DNA of 64,000 nt from Candidatus Latescibacterota bacterium. GTDB lineage: Bacteria; Latescibacterota; UBA2968; GCA-2709665. Position 1 is the first letter of the stretch. Each line of letters starts with the position of its first letter. This document shows, one piece after another, positions 48,450 through 57,484 of the stretch. The notes beneath the pieces are model-generated. The model was not told the origin of the DNA. It saw only the letters and a program-made list of their open reading frames with translations, and did no database searches. The stretch lies in contig OZ241917.1 of the NCBI GenBank assembly GCA_965203805.1, positions 4,448,001 to 4,512,000 of the forward strand. The letters run 5' to 3'. Both the position numbers and the translations under genes were made by a program.

Positions 48450-50285
48450 CTATTTGTCACTTTTCTCAGATTCTGACCAAGATACAGCGCTCGTCGTGAT
48501 TACGTCCATCGCTCTATCCAGGGCCACGTCCCGGCCGTTGTAGATATCCTCCCTGGTGGGACGGACCTCTATGTCCGGAATAACGCCGACTCCGACGAAT
48601 TCCCTCCCGTCCGGATAGGTATCGCGTTTGGTACAGATCCTGGCCGTGCCGCCCGGGAGCGAGACAAGAAGCGGTTGACCCGTGGTACCTGCCGTTTTCT
48701 CGCCGACCAGCGTGGCCCGCTTATTGTGATGTAGAGTGATCAGGAAGTCTTCCGCCGCACTGACCGTGCCCGGCCCGATCAATACGACGAGCGGACCGAG
48801 AAAGGGATGCGGCGTTCCGGGCTGGACGGGTTCGTGTGTCCCTTCGTACCACTTCTCTCCATAATCCCAGGCCCGAAATGAAGGCATGTATTGCCGTGTC
48901 TTCCACCGGGTTCCGGTCAGCGTTCTGTCGGTCAGATAGCCGATGATGGCCGACCCGTTGCGTGTATCGCCTCCCCCGTTATCCCTCACGTCAATGATGA
49001 GTCCCTTCGCCTTTTTTACCTTATGAAAGATGTCGTCGAACAATTCAACAACATCCCCGGAAGCAAACGTGCGGATTGCCAGGTACGCGATCCCCTGGGA
49101 AATTTCTCTAAATTCGAAGTTGGGAAGCTGGGTCCACGGTCTATCATCCCATTTTGAAAGTCGGATCAATGTCAAGTTCCGCGTGGCGCCATCGGATCCC
49201 CTGATGCGAATATTGACAGAACTGTTTCGAGGTCCCTCAAGGATTTTTCCATAGGCCTCCAGGTCCCGCCCCTGAGGTGTAGATGAGGAAACGTAGGGAT
49301 AGATTTCTTGTTCCAATTTCTTCTGCGCAGTGAGGCCATCAACGTGGGTAATCTCGTCGCCCCGTTTCAATTCCGATGTGCCAATCTCGCTGGATGTGCC
49401 AATGTCTACGATAACCGCCTTTCCATCGACTGGACGAATGAGCAATGGCGGACCGCCCGTCGCTGAGGTTGGGACTCGCGGCCAAACTCCTGTATGACCA
49501 TCATTGAGCCGGGCGATGCAGCGCTGCAACAATCGATAGTACTGACCATATGATTGCTCTTCCATCACTCTTGAAAGGTATTCTTCGAGTACCGTGTCCC
49601 AGTTGAGATCCGGGACCTGATCGAAGAACGCGAAGTTGTATTTCACTTCACTCCATAGGCGGACAAACCCCGTCACGCGTTCGTTGGCCGTGAGTTTCGG
49701 GATGGGCATGTGTTCCGTAGCGGTCAACACATTCCAGTTTCCCCTCTGCTGGTTAGCTATTCCGCCGATCTTCAGGTATTCTTCGTAAGCACGCCGGTTC
49801 TCGGCGGGATCGGTCTGGACGCGGAAGCGCATCGCAATCTTGCCGTCCTCGAGGTCATATCTGGCGACCGCCAGGCAGGGCGTGTAACGGAATTGGCGAA
49901 GGAAGCCCTTGGCTCTGGGAAAAAAAGAACCCCCGCCACCAATTTTCCCTTGATCAGACACAAAACGCAAGTCCACAAAGTCACCTGATATGCCCAGGGA
50001 ATCATTATCGGAGATCCAGCCTATGTAGATTTCCCGCAAACCGTAGGGATTATTACCGCACCTTAGTCGAGCTGCCTCGTTTTCTCCCAGGGCAATTTCG
50101 ATCCGCTCGCCCAGTTCGTATTGACGATCGACGACCGCAATGCGCCTTAAGTGATCAGCAAGCTTCCGGGAGGTTAGCCTACCTTGTATTCGGCCTGCCT
50201 TTGCGCCTCCATCAGCGTGAGCCTCTACTTGCACTGGATGCGCGAAGATTACGACGATTAGCAAAGCTGCACGAAACAGGTTCAT
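48450..50285 (-). CDS. S41 family (tricorn/CtpA-like) peptidase with PDZ domain, secreted
   Basis: Signal peptide. 'LWSEVKYNF', 'LNDGHT', PDZ 'GDEITHVDG', 'LIIDVRDNGGG', 'TVSAAEDF', 'VGEKTAGTTG', 'GVGVIPDI'. Confidence 0.92.
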   Translation of the reverse strand: MNLFRAALLIVVIFAHPVQVEAHADGGAKAGRIQGRLTSRKLADHLRRIAVVDRQYELGERIEIALGENEAARLRCGNNPYGLREIYIGWISDNDSLGISGDFVDLRFVSDQGKIGGGGSFFPRAKGFLRQFRYTPCLAVARYDLEDGKIAMRFRVQTDPAENRRAYEEYLKIGGIANQQRGNWNVLTATEHMPIPKLTANERVTGFVRLWSEVKYNFAFFDQVPDLNWDTVLEEYLSRVMEEQSYGQYYRLLQRCIARLNDGHTGVWPRVPTSATGGPPLLIRPVDGKAVIVDIGTSSEIGTSELKRGDEITHVDGLTAQKKLEQEIYPYVSSSTPQGRDLEAYGKILEGPRNSSVNIRIRGSDGATRNLTLIRLSKWDDRPWTQLPNFEFREISQGIAYLAIRTFASGDVVELFDDIFHKVKKAKGLIIDVRDNGGGDTRNGSAIIGYLTDRTLTGTRWKTRQYMPSFRAWDYGEKWYEGTHEPVQPGTPHPFLGPLVVLIGPGTVSAAEDFLITLHHNKRATLVGEKTAGTTGQPLLVSLPGGTARICTKRDTYPDGREFVGVGVIPDIEVRPTREDIYNGRDVALDRAMDVITTSAVSWSESEKSDK

Positions 50286-51235
50286 CTCAAACCTCCTTTG
50301 CCAGGCTGGAAGATGGCATCCCTGACGCGGACGAGATCGTCAGAGTCGGGTTCGTATAGCAATTCTTGCGTCATTAGATGCGACGGCGCATGCTCGGCTA
50401 CATATCCCCGGCATGGTGTTGTGTAGACGATCCCCTCGACGGAATCTATGAGTGTCTCGGCTTCCGTGTTGTCCATAAGCGCCACCGGGACGTCGCCCTT
50501 TACGTCCACATGTTCCCGGACCAGCGTCCGGTATCCCGGTTCGGACTCAGCATCCCGCAGGATCAGTCCGATCTTTAACCCGTTCAGCCTGCGTGCGCCT
50601 TCAAAAAATGACCTGGAGAGTTCGACGCTAACGCCTTGAATGCCTTTGACTCGCTGTTTCAGTCGCTGCTGAACTTCCGCAAGGTGCCAGTGAGTGGTCA
50701 GCACATAGTGCGTAGAGGATGGGAGCGAGTTCATATTCTCCTGTAGTCGATTCAGGTCTACTCCAACAACGTGGCGGCCCCATGCCTGACGGGTTGCAGC
50801 CGCAAAGTCGTCCGCCTGGTATTGACTGCATTCGATGAAGGCACACTTGGCGTAGCGTCGGTCGTGATCCACGGCAGCCTTTTCAAACGCAGAAACAAAC
50901 TGAACGCCATCGAATCCCCTGGCCTCTGCTTCTTTCACCATCCGAAGGGCGAGCGCGTCGGCCTGCGACGCGGATACTCGTCCATGAGAATGAAGGGTGC
51001 CAGCGGCAACCACGGCCTTCTTACCCTGCCGGATCGTCAGTGTTCCTTCGCTCTCCAGTTCCAGATAAGCTCGGCGAATGGTATTGCGGTTCACGCCGAG
51101 CTCCACTTCCAATACCCGAATGGAAGGCAGAGGATCTCCGGGGCGAAGCTCTCCCACAGAGATGGCATACAGGATCTGGTCTTTAATCTGAAGGTAGATG
51201 GATGTTCTGGAATCCTGATCCACTGAAAAACGCAT
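50282..51235 (-). CDS. GntR family (YtrA-like) transcriptional regulator with an extended C-terminal domain
   Basis: ATG after AGGAGG. 'IYLQIKDQI...GELRPGDPLPSIR...LGVNRNTIRRAYLELESEG'. Stop overlaps the S41 start (ATGA). Confidence 0.9.
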   Translation of the reverse strand: MRFSVDQDSRTSIYLQIKDQILYAISVGELRPGDPLPSIRVLEVELGVNRNTIRRAYLELESEGTLTIRQGKKAVVAAGTLHSHGRVSASQADALALRMVKEAEARGFDGVQFVSAFEKAAVDHDRRYAKCAFIECSQYQADDFAAATRQAWGRHVVGVDLNRLQENMNSLPSSTHYVLTTHWHLAEVQQRLKQRVKGIQGVSVELSRSFFEGARRLNGLKIGLILRDAESEPGYRTLVREHVDVKGDVPVALMDNTEAETLIDSVEGIVYTTPCRGYVAEHAPSHLMTQELLYEPDSDDLVRVRDAIFQPGKGGLR

Positions 51236-51261
51236 ATTCCCTCCTGGACCAACTGTTATAA

Positions 51262-51301
51262 TGTTATATTTAAATATAACAGTAGGTATTCTTTTTGTCA
51301 A
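51262..51301 (-). promoter_or_regulatory. sigma70 promoter with an overlapping perfect 20-bp palindromic operator (GntR/YtrA box)
   Basis: Minus strand TTGACA (51301-51296)-N17-TATATT (51278-51273). Palindrome TGTTATATTTAAATATAACA at 51262-51281. Confidence 0.8.
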
Positions 51302-51429
51302 TGTTATTTTTCGTTATCGTGTTATTTTACCCTATGTCCCGGCTACAACGAGCTTTGGTTTGCGTAACTGGCCAAACGGTCCTGCTGTACGAAAATTTAA
51401 TTTTACCCACGCCTTCTCAGGAGATACCC

Positions 51430-52422
51430 ATGCCGGAAAAACTGCGTGTCGGAATCGTCGGATGCGGGGGGCAGACCCGCCTGAATCTTGCGCCGGGCGT
51501 CGCCCGCGTCGAATCGGCGCGTCTCGTGGCGTGTGCGGACGTGGACGAGGCCAGGGCGCGGCAGGTCGCCGAAACTTTCGGGATCGAAGCGGTGTACGAA
51601 TCTTCGGAGGACGTCACGGGCAGCGCCGGCGTGGACGCTGTGATCGTGGCTGTCCCGCACCGGTTCCTCAAGGACGTGGCGCTTTCGGCGATCGCCGCCG
51701 GGAAGCACGTGTTTATCGAGAAGCCGATGGGTCTGAATGCGGCGGAGGGCGCCGAGCTGGTGGAAGCCGCCGAAAGGCAGGGCGTGGTGGCGATGGTGGG
51801 CTATTGCATGCGCTATTCCCTCAGCCGGATGTACATCAAGTCTCTACTGAATCGGGGCGTGGTGGGAGACGTCAGCTTCGTGGCGGCCGGCAAGGGCGGC
51901 GGTCCCCTGGGCGGATGGCTCGGGGGTCCCTGGTCGGAGGGCGGCGGTCAGCTCTTCTTTCTGGGCTCCCACCTTACCGACCAGGTGCTCTGGATGACAG
52001 ACGACGAAGCCGAAGCCGTTTCGGGGACCGTACGATGGAACGCCGGCGGCACGGACGAGACGTCTGCCTACACCGTGCGACTGAAAGGGGGCGCCGTGGC
52101 CACGTTCTCCGTGTCCCAGGCCTCGGGGGTCGGGTACGATTTCGTGGACATTTTCGGAACGCAGGGACGCGTTCGGGGCGACTGGAAGGGCGACGTCGTG
52201 ACCGTGGAGAGCCGGGTGATCCCCGAATACGCGCACCCGACGGTCCTACGCATCCCGGGCGATAATCTTGAAGAAATGTGTTACCGCGAGTTGGCCGCGT
52301 TCGTCGAGGCGGCGCACTCGGGAGCATCTGCTCCCATCCCGATGTCGGACAGCCTGCGCGTGCTCCGGATCCTGGACGCGGTCGTCGCGTCGTCGAATGA
52401 GGGAAAATGGCTGGAGGTTTAG
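51430..52422 (+). CDS. Gfo/Idh/MocA family oxidoreductase
   Basis: ATG after AGGAG. 'LRVGIVGCGG', 'GKHVFIEKP', 'GGGQLFFLGSHLTD'. Confidence 0.92.
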   Translation: MPEKLRVGIVGCGGQTRLNLAPGVARVESARLVACADVDEARARQVAETFGIEAVYESSEDVTGSAGVDAVIVAVPHRFLKDVALSAIAAGKHVFIEKPMGLNAAEGAELVEAAERQGVVAMVGYCMRYSLSRMYIKSLLNRGVVGDVSFVAAGKGGGPLGGWLGGPWSEGGGQLFFLGSHLTDQVLWMTDDEAEAVSGTVRWNAGGTDETSAYTVRLKGGAVATFSVSQASGVGYDFVDIFGTQGRVRGDWKGDVVTVESRVIPEYAHPTVLRIPGDNLEEMCYRELAAFVEAAHSGASAPIPMSDSLRVLRILDAVVASSNEGKWLEV

Positions 52423-52500
52423 GGGGCGGAGACCCTCTCCCAAAGGCGGTGAGAGGGTAGACGTAAGAGGGGAGATTATACCTCAATCAAGGACACCTAC

Positions 52501-53694
52501 GTGCCATCCGTGATAACCAGCCAATGGAAAGATCACGCGGTGATCCGACTGAATCCGGACGGAGAACCGATTGAGCTTCCAGCCCGATCACAGATCGTGA
52601 CCGAGAGCTGGAACCGGGTGACGGCCGTGCCGCACATCGTCTACATGCCGGAGGTGGACCGGGTGCTGATGCTGCTGAGCTGCGACTACCCCGGCAGTCC
52701 GTGGGTACACTTCGCGATGGTGCTCTTCAGCGATGACCTCGGATCCACATGGAGCGATCCGGCCTGCGTACACACCGACGAAGAGGGCAACCCCGCCTGC
52801 GGGCTGGGTCACGGGCTGACGTATCTGGGCGGCGGCAGGTTGATGCTGTATTCATGCCACCCGCCGGCGAGGTGGTTCAGCGACGATTATGGAGCGACGT
52901 GGGGGGACACCGTGCCCGTGGCGCCGGCGCCGAACGGGAGAACGTGGATGGCCTGGGACCCGGTTCTGGTGGACAGAGATCCACAGTCGGGACGGGTAAC
53001 GCGGCTGATGGAAACCGGCTACTGGGGCGACGCCGGGACCATGGACTCGCAGGCCTACGTCAGATTCAGCGAGGACGGCGGCCGAACCTGGACCGGCGCA
53101 CATTATGTACCGGAGTTTGAAGGCGTTAACGAGGTCTGTCCCGTTCGAGCGAAAAACCGCGATATTGTCGCAACCTGCCGGACGGACCCCCCGGAGGCGC
53201 TCAAGCCCCATCGGTTCGATCACTATGAAGGGTTCGGAATATCCATCTCCCGGGACAATGGCTACACCTGGAGCGAGGTCCGGCAACTCTACGACTGGGG
53301 GCGCCATCACGCCAGTCTGTTGCTTCTGCCTTGTGGTCACATTGTAGCTACATACGTGGTGCGGCTGGGATATCCGGACACCGCTGACGGGTTTCCGCGT
53401 TTCGGCATCGAGGCGGTTGTGAGCCGCGACAACGGACAGACGTGGGAACTGGACCGCCGCTATGTCCTTGCCGAGTGGACCGGAAACAGGAAGGGATCGC
53501 CCTCGTCCGCGGGAAAGCTGCGCTCCGGCGGGTGGCATGCGAGCCCTCACACCACGTCCACTCAGGTGCTGCCGGACGGCTCGATCCTGACCGCCTACGG
53601 CACGGGGTATCGCCAGCGGGACGATGCTTTCGGACCCGGACTGTACGGCCCGCGGGACGTCGGCCTGATCAGGTGGAATATCGAAAGAGAATAG
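52501..53694 (+). CDS. BNR/Asp-box sialidase-like beta-propeller protein
   Basis: Five Asp-boxes: FSDDLGSTWS, FSDDYGATWG, FSEDGGRTWT, ISRDNGYTWS, VSRDNGQTWE. No signal peptide. Confidence 0.85.
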   Translation: MPSVITSQWKDHAVIRLNPDGEPIELPARSQIVTESWNRVTAVPHIVYMPEVDRVLMLLSCDYPGSPWVHFAMVLFSDDLGSTWSDPACVHTDEEGNPACGLGHGLTYLGGGRLMLYSCHPPARWFSDDYGATWGDTVPVAPAPNGRTWMAWDPVLVDRDPQSGRVTRLMETGYWGDAGTMDSQAYVRFSEDGGRTWTGAHYVPEFEGVNEVCPVRAKNRDIVATCRTDPPEALKPHRFDHYEGFGISISRDNGYTWSEVRQLYDWGRHHASLLLLPCGHIVATYVVRLGYPDTADGFPRFGIEAVVSRDNGQTWELDRRYVLAEWTGNRKGSPSSAGKLRSGGWHASPHTTSTQVLPDGSILTAYGTGYRQRDDAFGPGLYGPRDVGLIRWNIERE

Positions 53695-53772
53695 ATCCAC
53701 GGGGCCGGCTGCATCGGCGCGTTTCCGCAAAATCACTGAATAGGCTGGTTCGGCACGGAGAAAGGGGCGGGT

Positions 53773-54543
53773 ATGATCAGCGATCAACAGGTCGAATTCT
53801 TCCGGACATTCGGCTTTCTTCCGCTGCGCGAGGCATTCGGCCGGGAGGAGATGGCCGCCATCGGCGACACGTTCGACGACATGCTGGAAAAAGACCGCGA
53901 GGGTCAGCCTTTTCCGGGCGAGATACGACAGGCGCTCTATGGAATCGCCGAGCGCAACCCTCTGCTGACGGAACTCGTCGAGGACGACCGCATCTATGAA
54001 ACCGCGGGGCGCCTGCTGGGCCCCGGGTTTCACTGGCTGTGTTCCGAGGGCAATCTGTACGTGGGCGAAACGGAATGGCATCCCGACGGCAGCCGGCTGA
54101 ACTATCCGCCGATGAAGGTCTCTCTGTATCTGGATGCCCTTACAAAGAGTACGGGCTGCCTGCGGGTGATCCCCGGATCGCACCGGTTGCCGTTTCACGA
54201 GGCGCTGAGGCCCATGGAAAAGATGGGTGTGCCCGGCGCGGAGGTGCCGTGCTATTTCCTGGAATCCAGTCCGGGAGACGTTCTGTTCCTGAACATGAAC
54301 ATCTGGCATGCGGCGTACGGCGGCGCCGCGGGACGACGCCACCTGGCGGTGAATTTCGTTCCCGAGGCCACGGAACCCGAGCACGTCGAGATCCTGAAGA
54401 GGAACCACCGGGTCCTGATTGACCTGATGGCGCGGTTCCAGTACAGCCAACCGGGCCGGGCCTTTACCGACGACTTTCTGAACAGCGAAAAGCCGCGTAT
54501 CCGCCGCATGGCCGCGAAGTGGGTGGAACTCGGACTGCAATAG
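53773..54543 (+). CDS. Phytanoyl-CoA dioxygenase (PhyH) family Fe(II)/2OG enzyme
   Basis: 'QVEFFRTFGF', 'WHPD', 'GCLRVIPGSHR', 'PGDVLF..NIWHA', 'RR' facial-triad motifs. Confidence 0.9.
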   Translation: MISDQQVEFFRTFGFLPLREAFGREEMAAIGDTFDDMLEKDREGQPFPGEIRQALYGIAERNPLLTELVEDDRIYETAGRLLGPGFHWLCSEGNLYVGETEWHPDGSRLNYPPMKVSLYLDALTKSTGCLRVIPGSHRLPFHEALRPMEKMGVPGAEVPCYFLESSPGDVLFLNMNIWHAAYGGAAGRRHLAVNFVPEATEPEHVEILKRNHRVLIDLMARFQYSQPGRAFTDDFLNSEKPRIRRMAAKWVELGLQ

Positions 54544-54571
54544 ACCTGGCGGAGGCCCTTGGGTGACCGGA

Positions 54572-55543
54572 ATGCGCAAAGAAATCCGGATTTCCGAACG
54601 GGACGGTTTCGCCAGAAGAAACTTTCCCTGTACGATGAAGATGGGCTTTGAATCCGGCGAGTTTCCGGCGGACGGTTCTGCGCGAATGCTGGACGCGAAA
54701 GGCGAACCCCGTCCCGTCCAGGTGGACGTCCTGGATTCCTGGGACGACGGCAGCATGAGGACCGCGGAGGTCTCGTTTCCGGCGCGGCTGCCTGCCGGGG
54801 GGGAGGAAGTCCTTGCATTCGAGTTCGGAGACGGGACGCCGCCGCCCCCGCGGCAGACGAATCCGATCAAGGTCCGCGATCGCAAGGACCCGATCGAGGT
54901 GCAGCAGGGGCCCGTGATCTACCAGGTCCGGAAATGGCGATTCAACTTCGTGGAAAACGTGATCTTCGATGGCAGGGCGTTTCACGGACCGGGAGCGCCG
55001 GGGCCGGCGCTTCTCCGCAAGGACGGCAGGATCCTGTTTCCGTCCGGCGAGGTCCGGATCGATATCCAGACGCGAGGTCCGAGGTCGGCCCGCCTCCGAG
55101 TGGACGGGACCTACGGCGGCGGATACGAGTTTGTCGCGTATCTGACCTTTTATTCGGGCGTTTCCTGGTTCAAGGCGGAACACGAGATCGTATCGGGCGA
55201 TGTGTCGCAAATTGCGTCAGTCGTCTTCGAAAGCACGTTCAACCTGCCGGATGCGCCGCTTGTCTGCGCGTTCGGAGCACGTCAACGGGCCGATGGCGAA
55301 GGTACGAGCTGGGCCGTGGTCACGGACAATGCGGCGACGGTGGACGTTGCGGCTGTTGGCGCGTGGTCCGGGAAGGACGCCGTCCGCTACGAAGTCGAAG
55401 CCAACGGGCGCTTCCGGACGCTGTTTCCCTGCCTCGAGAAACCCGCGATCCTGTATATGCATTACCTGACGACTCCCCCGATGGACCATCATCATACGCC
55501 GGCGGCGGCGATGGCCACGGACCCGGAGTGCCAGGTGATATAA
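54572..55543 (+). CDS. Hypothetical protein resembling the N-terminal barrel/beta-sandwich part of PcRGLX/YetA-like proteins
   Basis: 'PVQVDVLDSWDDGSMR..VSF' and 'GPRSARLRVDG' motifs. GC3-rich coding frame within the operon. Confidence 0.55.
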   Translation: MRKEIRISERDGFARRNFPCTMKMGFESGEFPADGSARMLDAKGEPRPVQVDVLDSWDDGSMRTAEVSFPARLPAGGEEVLAFEFGDGTPPPPRQTNPIKVRDRKDPIEVQQGPVIYQVRKWRFNFVENVIFDGRAFHGPGAPGPALLRKDGRILFPSGEVRIDIQTRGPRSARLRVDGTYGGGYEFVAYLTFYSGVSWFKAEHEIVSGDVSQIASVVFESTFNLPDAPLVCAFGARQRADGEGTSWAVVTDNAATVDVAAVGAWSGKDAVRYEVEANGRFRTLFPCLEKPAILYMHYLTTPPMDHHHTPAAAMATDPECQVI

Positions 55544-55562
55544 CGCTGAGACGGGCGCAATC

Positions 55563-56615
55563 GTGAGCGAAACGACCTACCGCGTGGGAATCATCGGCTG
55601 CGGCCGCATGGCCAGTACGATGGACGACGAGAAGCGGACCCAGCCGGGCCGGGTCCCCCAGCCCGGGGTCCTGGCTGCCGCCTACGGTCAGGCGGAGCGG
55701 ACAGAGGTGGTGGCCGCCGCCGACATCAACCGGGACCGGCTGGCCGACTTCTCCACCCGCTGGGGAGTCGGGCGTCTCTATGCCGACTATCGCGACATGC
55801 TGCAGGCGGAATCGCTGGACATCGTCAGCGTTGCCACGCACGCGAACCTGCACGCGGAGATGACGGTGGCGGCCGCCGAAGCGGGTGCGCAGGCCGTCCT
55901 GTGCGAGAAAGCGATGGCAACCAGCCTTCGCGACGCGGACCGGATGATCGACGCGTGCCGGAAGTCCGGAACCATTCTGTCCGTTCTCTATCACAACCGG
56001 TGGGACCCCCTGATGGTCCGCGTGAAGGAACTGGTTCGGGAAGGTACGATCGGGGAGTTGATCAGCATTGCGGGCAACATGGGCCCCGAACTGGTGCACG
56101 AGGCGACGCACATGTTCGACCTGATGCGGTTCTGGTCCGGCGATGAGGTGGCCTGGGTGTTCGGGCAGCTGGACGGGGGGCGGGATCCGGCAGATGATCC
56201 GGGGGGAAGCGGGTATATCCGATTCAAAAGGGGGATGCACGCCTTTGTGAACGCTGTTGAGGGATCTCCTGTGGGATTCGAGTTCGATCTGGTGGGTACC
56301 AGGGGGAGGATCCGCATCGGCTACCACGTGGACGAACTCTGGACCGTGGAGGAAGGCCTGTACGAAGGACGGGCCCTGCTGGGGCGGAAAATCCCGCAGA
56401 ATATTGAAGCAAGGAGCGGCGTCGTCAAGGCGATCGAGGACCTGGTAACGTGCATCGAAGCGGGAAGCGCGCCTTCCTGCACGGGCGAGGATGGGCGCAA
56501 GGCGCTGGAAATCGCGCTTGCCTTTCACGTTTCCCACCGCGAAGGCGGCGCGAAAGTCGAATTGCCGCTGCAGGACACCTCTCTGTCGGTGACGAATCCG
56601 AAATATTATAGTTGA
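55563..56615 (+). CDS. Gfo/Idh/MocA family oxidoreductase
   Basis: 'YRVGIIGCGRMA', 'AVLCEKAMA', 'HEATHMFD', 'EDGRKALEI'. Confidence 0.92.
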   Translation: MSETTYRVGIIGCGRMASTMDDEKRTQPGRVPQPGVLAAAYGQAERTEVVAAADINRDRLADFSTRWGVGRLYADYRDMLQAESLDIVSVATHANLHAEMTVAAAEAGAQAVLCEKAMATSLRDADRMIDACRKSGTILSVLYHNRWDPLMVRVKELVREGTIGELISIAGNMGPELVHEATHMFDLMRFWSGDEVAWVFGQLDGGRDPADDPGGSGYIRFKRGMHAFVNAVEGSPVGFEFDLVGTRGRIRIGYHVDELWTVEEGLYEGRALLGRKIPQNIEARSGVVKAIEDLVTCIEAGSAPSCTGEDGRKALEIALAFHVSHREGGAKVELPLQDTSLSVTNPKYYS

Positions 56616-56625
56616 TATAGAGCGG

Positions 56626-56654
56626 CTATCAGCTGTCAGCAATCAGCATTCAGC
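56626..56654. repeat. Heptamer tandem repeat (cNNtcag) x4
   Basis: ctatcag ctgtcag caatcag cattcag c. Confidence 0.7.
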
Positions 56655-56706
56655 CGAACCCGGTCAGCGATACGGCCTGCCGACCTCAATTTGCGATGTC
56701 TGGACA

Positions 56707-56747
56707 CCCTCACCCCCCAACCCCCTCTCCCGGGGGGAGAGGGGGAG
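56707..56747. repeat. CCCTCACCCC..CCCTCTCCC..GGGAGAGGG-type extragenic palindrome
   Basis: ccctcaccccccaaccccctctcccggggggagagggggag. A related hairpin (accctctc...gagagggt) lies at ~52432-52458. Confidence 0.65.
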
Positions 56748-56817
56748 AAAGCCAGGAAAACTGGCCTCAAACGGAGACACAAAGACACAGAGAAGATCTG
56801 GAAACAACGTCAAAGGC

Positions 56818-56842
56818 GGGCGACCACAAGGGTCGCCCCTAC
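56818..56842 (-). repeat. GTAG-family REP
   Basis: Reverse complement reads GTAGGGGCGACCCTTGTGGTCGCCC (GTAG tetramer + hairpin). Confidence 0.8.
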
Positions 56843-56892
56843 GCATAAAATATGAACACGGTTGGAGGTAGGGTTTATCTCGTGGCACTGGC

Positions 56893-56929
56893 TTGACACA
56901 GGAATAATATATACATACATTGTATGTAT
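56893..56929 (+). promoter_or_regulatory. sigma70 promoter + palindromic operator of brnTA (probably leaderless mRNA)
   Basis: TTGACA (56893)-N17-TACATT (56916). Inverted repeat ATACATACA-T-TGTATGTAT at 56911-56929 overlaps the -10 and the ATG. No SD. Confidence 0.75.
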
Positions 56930-57221
56930 GAATAGAATCGGGTTTGTATGGGACGAGCGAAAGGAAAGGGCGAACTTCAGGAAACACCGGGTCTCGTTCG
57001 ATGAAGCACGTACGGCTTTCTACGATGAAAACGCGGTACAATTCTTCGATCCCGACCATTCGGAAGACGAGGACCGGTTCCTGCTCCTGGGAATGAGCTT
57101 CAAACTGCGCGTGCTCGTCGTCTGCCATTGCTTTCGAGAGCAGGAAACGCTCATACGCATCATCTCGGCGAGAAAGGCCAACAAGACGGAAGTCGGTGAC
57201 TATTGGAGGAAACGCTCATGA
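56928..57221 (+). CDS. brnT: BrnT family ribonuclease toxin
   Basis: 'FVWDERKERANFRKHRVSFDEA..F.D...DPDHSEDEDRF..LG...RIISARKA'. Confidence 0.93.
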   Translation: MNRIGFVWDERKERANFRKHRVSFDEARTAFYDENAVQFFDPDHSEDEDRFLLLGMSFKLRVLVVCHCFREQETLIRIISARKANKTEVGDYWRKRS

Positions 57222-57436
57222 GAGACCACTATGATTTCTCAGAAATGGAGGGACGTAAGAATCCCTACGTCAAGCACCTGAAGCAGCCGGTCACCATGCG
57301 GCTCGATCGGGACACGGTCTCCTATTTCAAGGATATGGCGGCGGAAGAAGGGATACCGTACCAGACCCTGATCAATCTCTACCTTCGCGATTGCGCGGTC
57401 CATAAGCGAAAGCTGCGGATGAAGTGGGCGACGTAG
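57218..57436 (+). CDS. brnA: BrnA family antitoxin (RHH)
   Basis: ATGA overlap with brnT. 'MRDHYDFS...KNPY...VTMRLD....YFK..A...GIPYQTLINLYLRDC'. Confidence 0.9.
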   Translation: MRDHYDFSEMEGRKNPYVKHLKQPVTMRLDRDTVSYFKDMAAEEGIPYQTLINLYLRDCAVHKRKLRMKWAT

Positions 57437-57460
57437 CGATCAGTTCTCACCGGTATTGTT

Positions 57461-57484
57461 GTAGGGGCGGTTCGCGAACCGCCC
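57461..57484 (+). repeat. GTAG-family REP
   Basis: GTAGGGGCGGTTCGCGAACCGCCC (GTAG + perfect hairpin). Confidence 0.8.

Larger units (their letters stand above)
43758..51400 (-). other. AT-richer, opposite-strand genomic islet (GntR, S41 peptidase, ECF sigma, ABC permease)
   Basis: Visible drop in GC and codon-bias change, with strand switch relative to the flanks. No integrase, tRNA or IS seen; boundaries are approximate. Confidence 0.7.

Noticed and set aside
43758-51400. Prophage, ICE or composite transposon
   Set aside because: No integrase, transposase, terminal inverted repeats, att duplication or tRNA seen; reported only as a compositional islet.
52852-56642. Minus-strand ORFs of 677 aa and 440 aa
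   Set aside because: Antisense to clear BNR, PhyH and Gfo genes; no recognisable motifs.
56620-56850. Possible CRISPR array or tRNA in the repeat-rich intergenic region
   Set aside because: No regularly spaced identical repeats with unique spacers, no cloverleaf, no cas genes.
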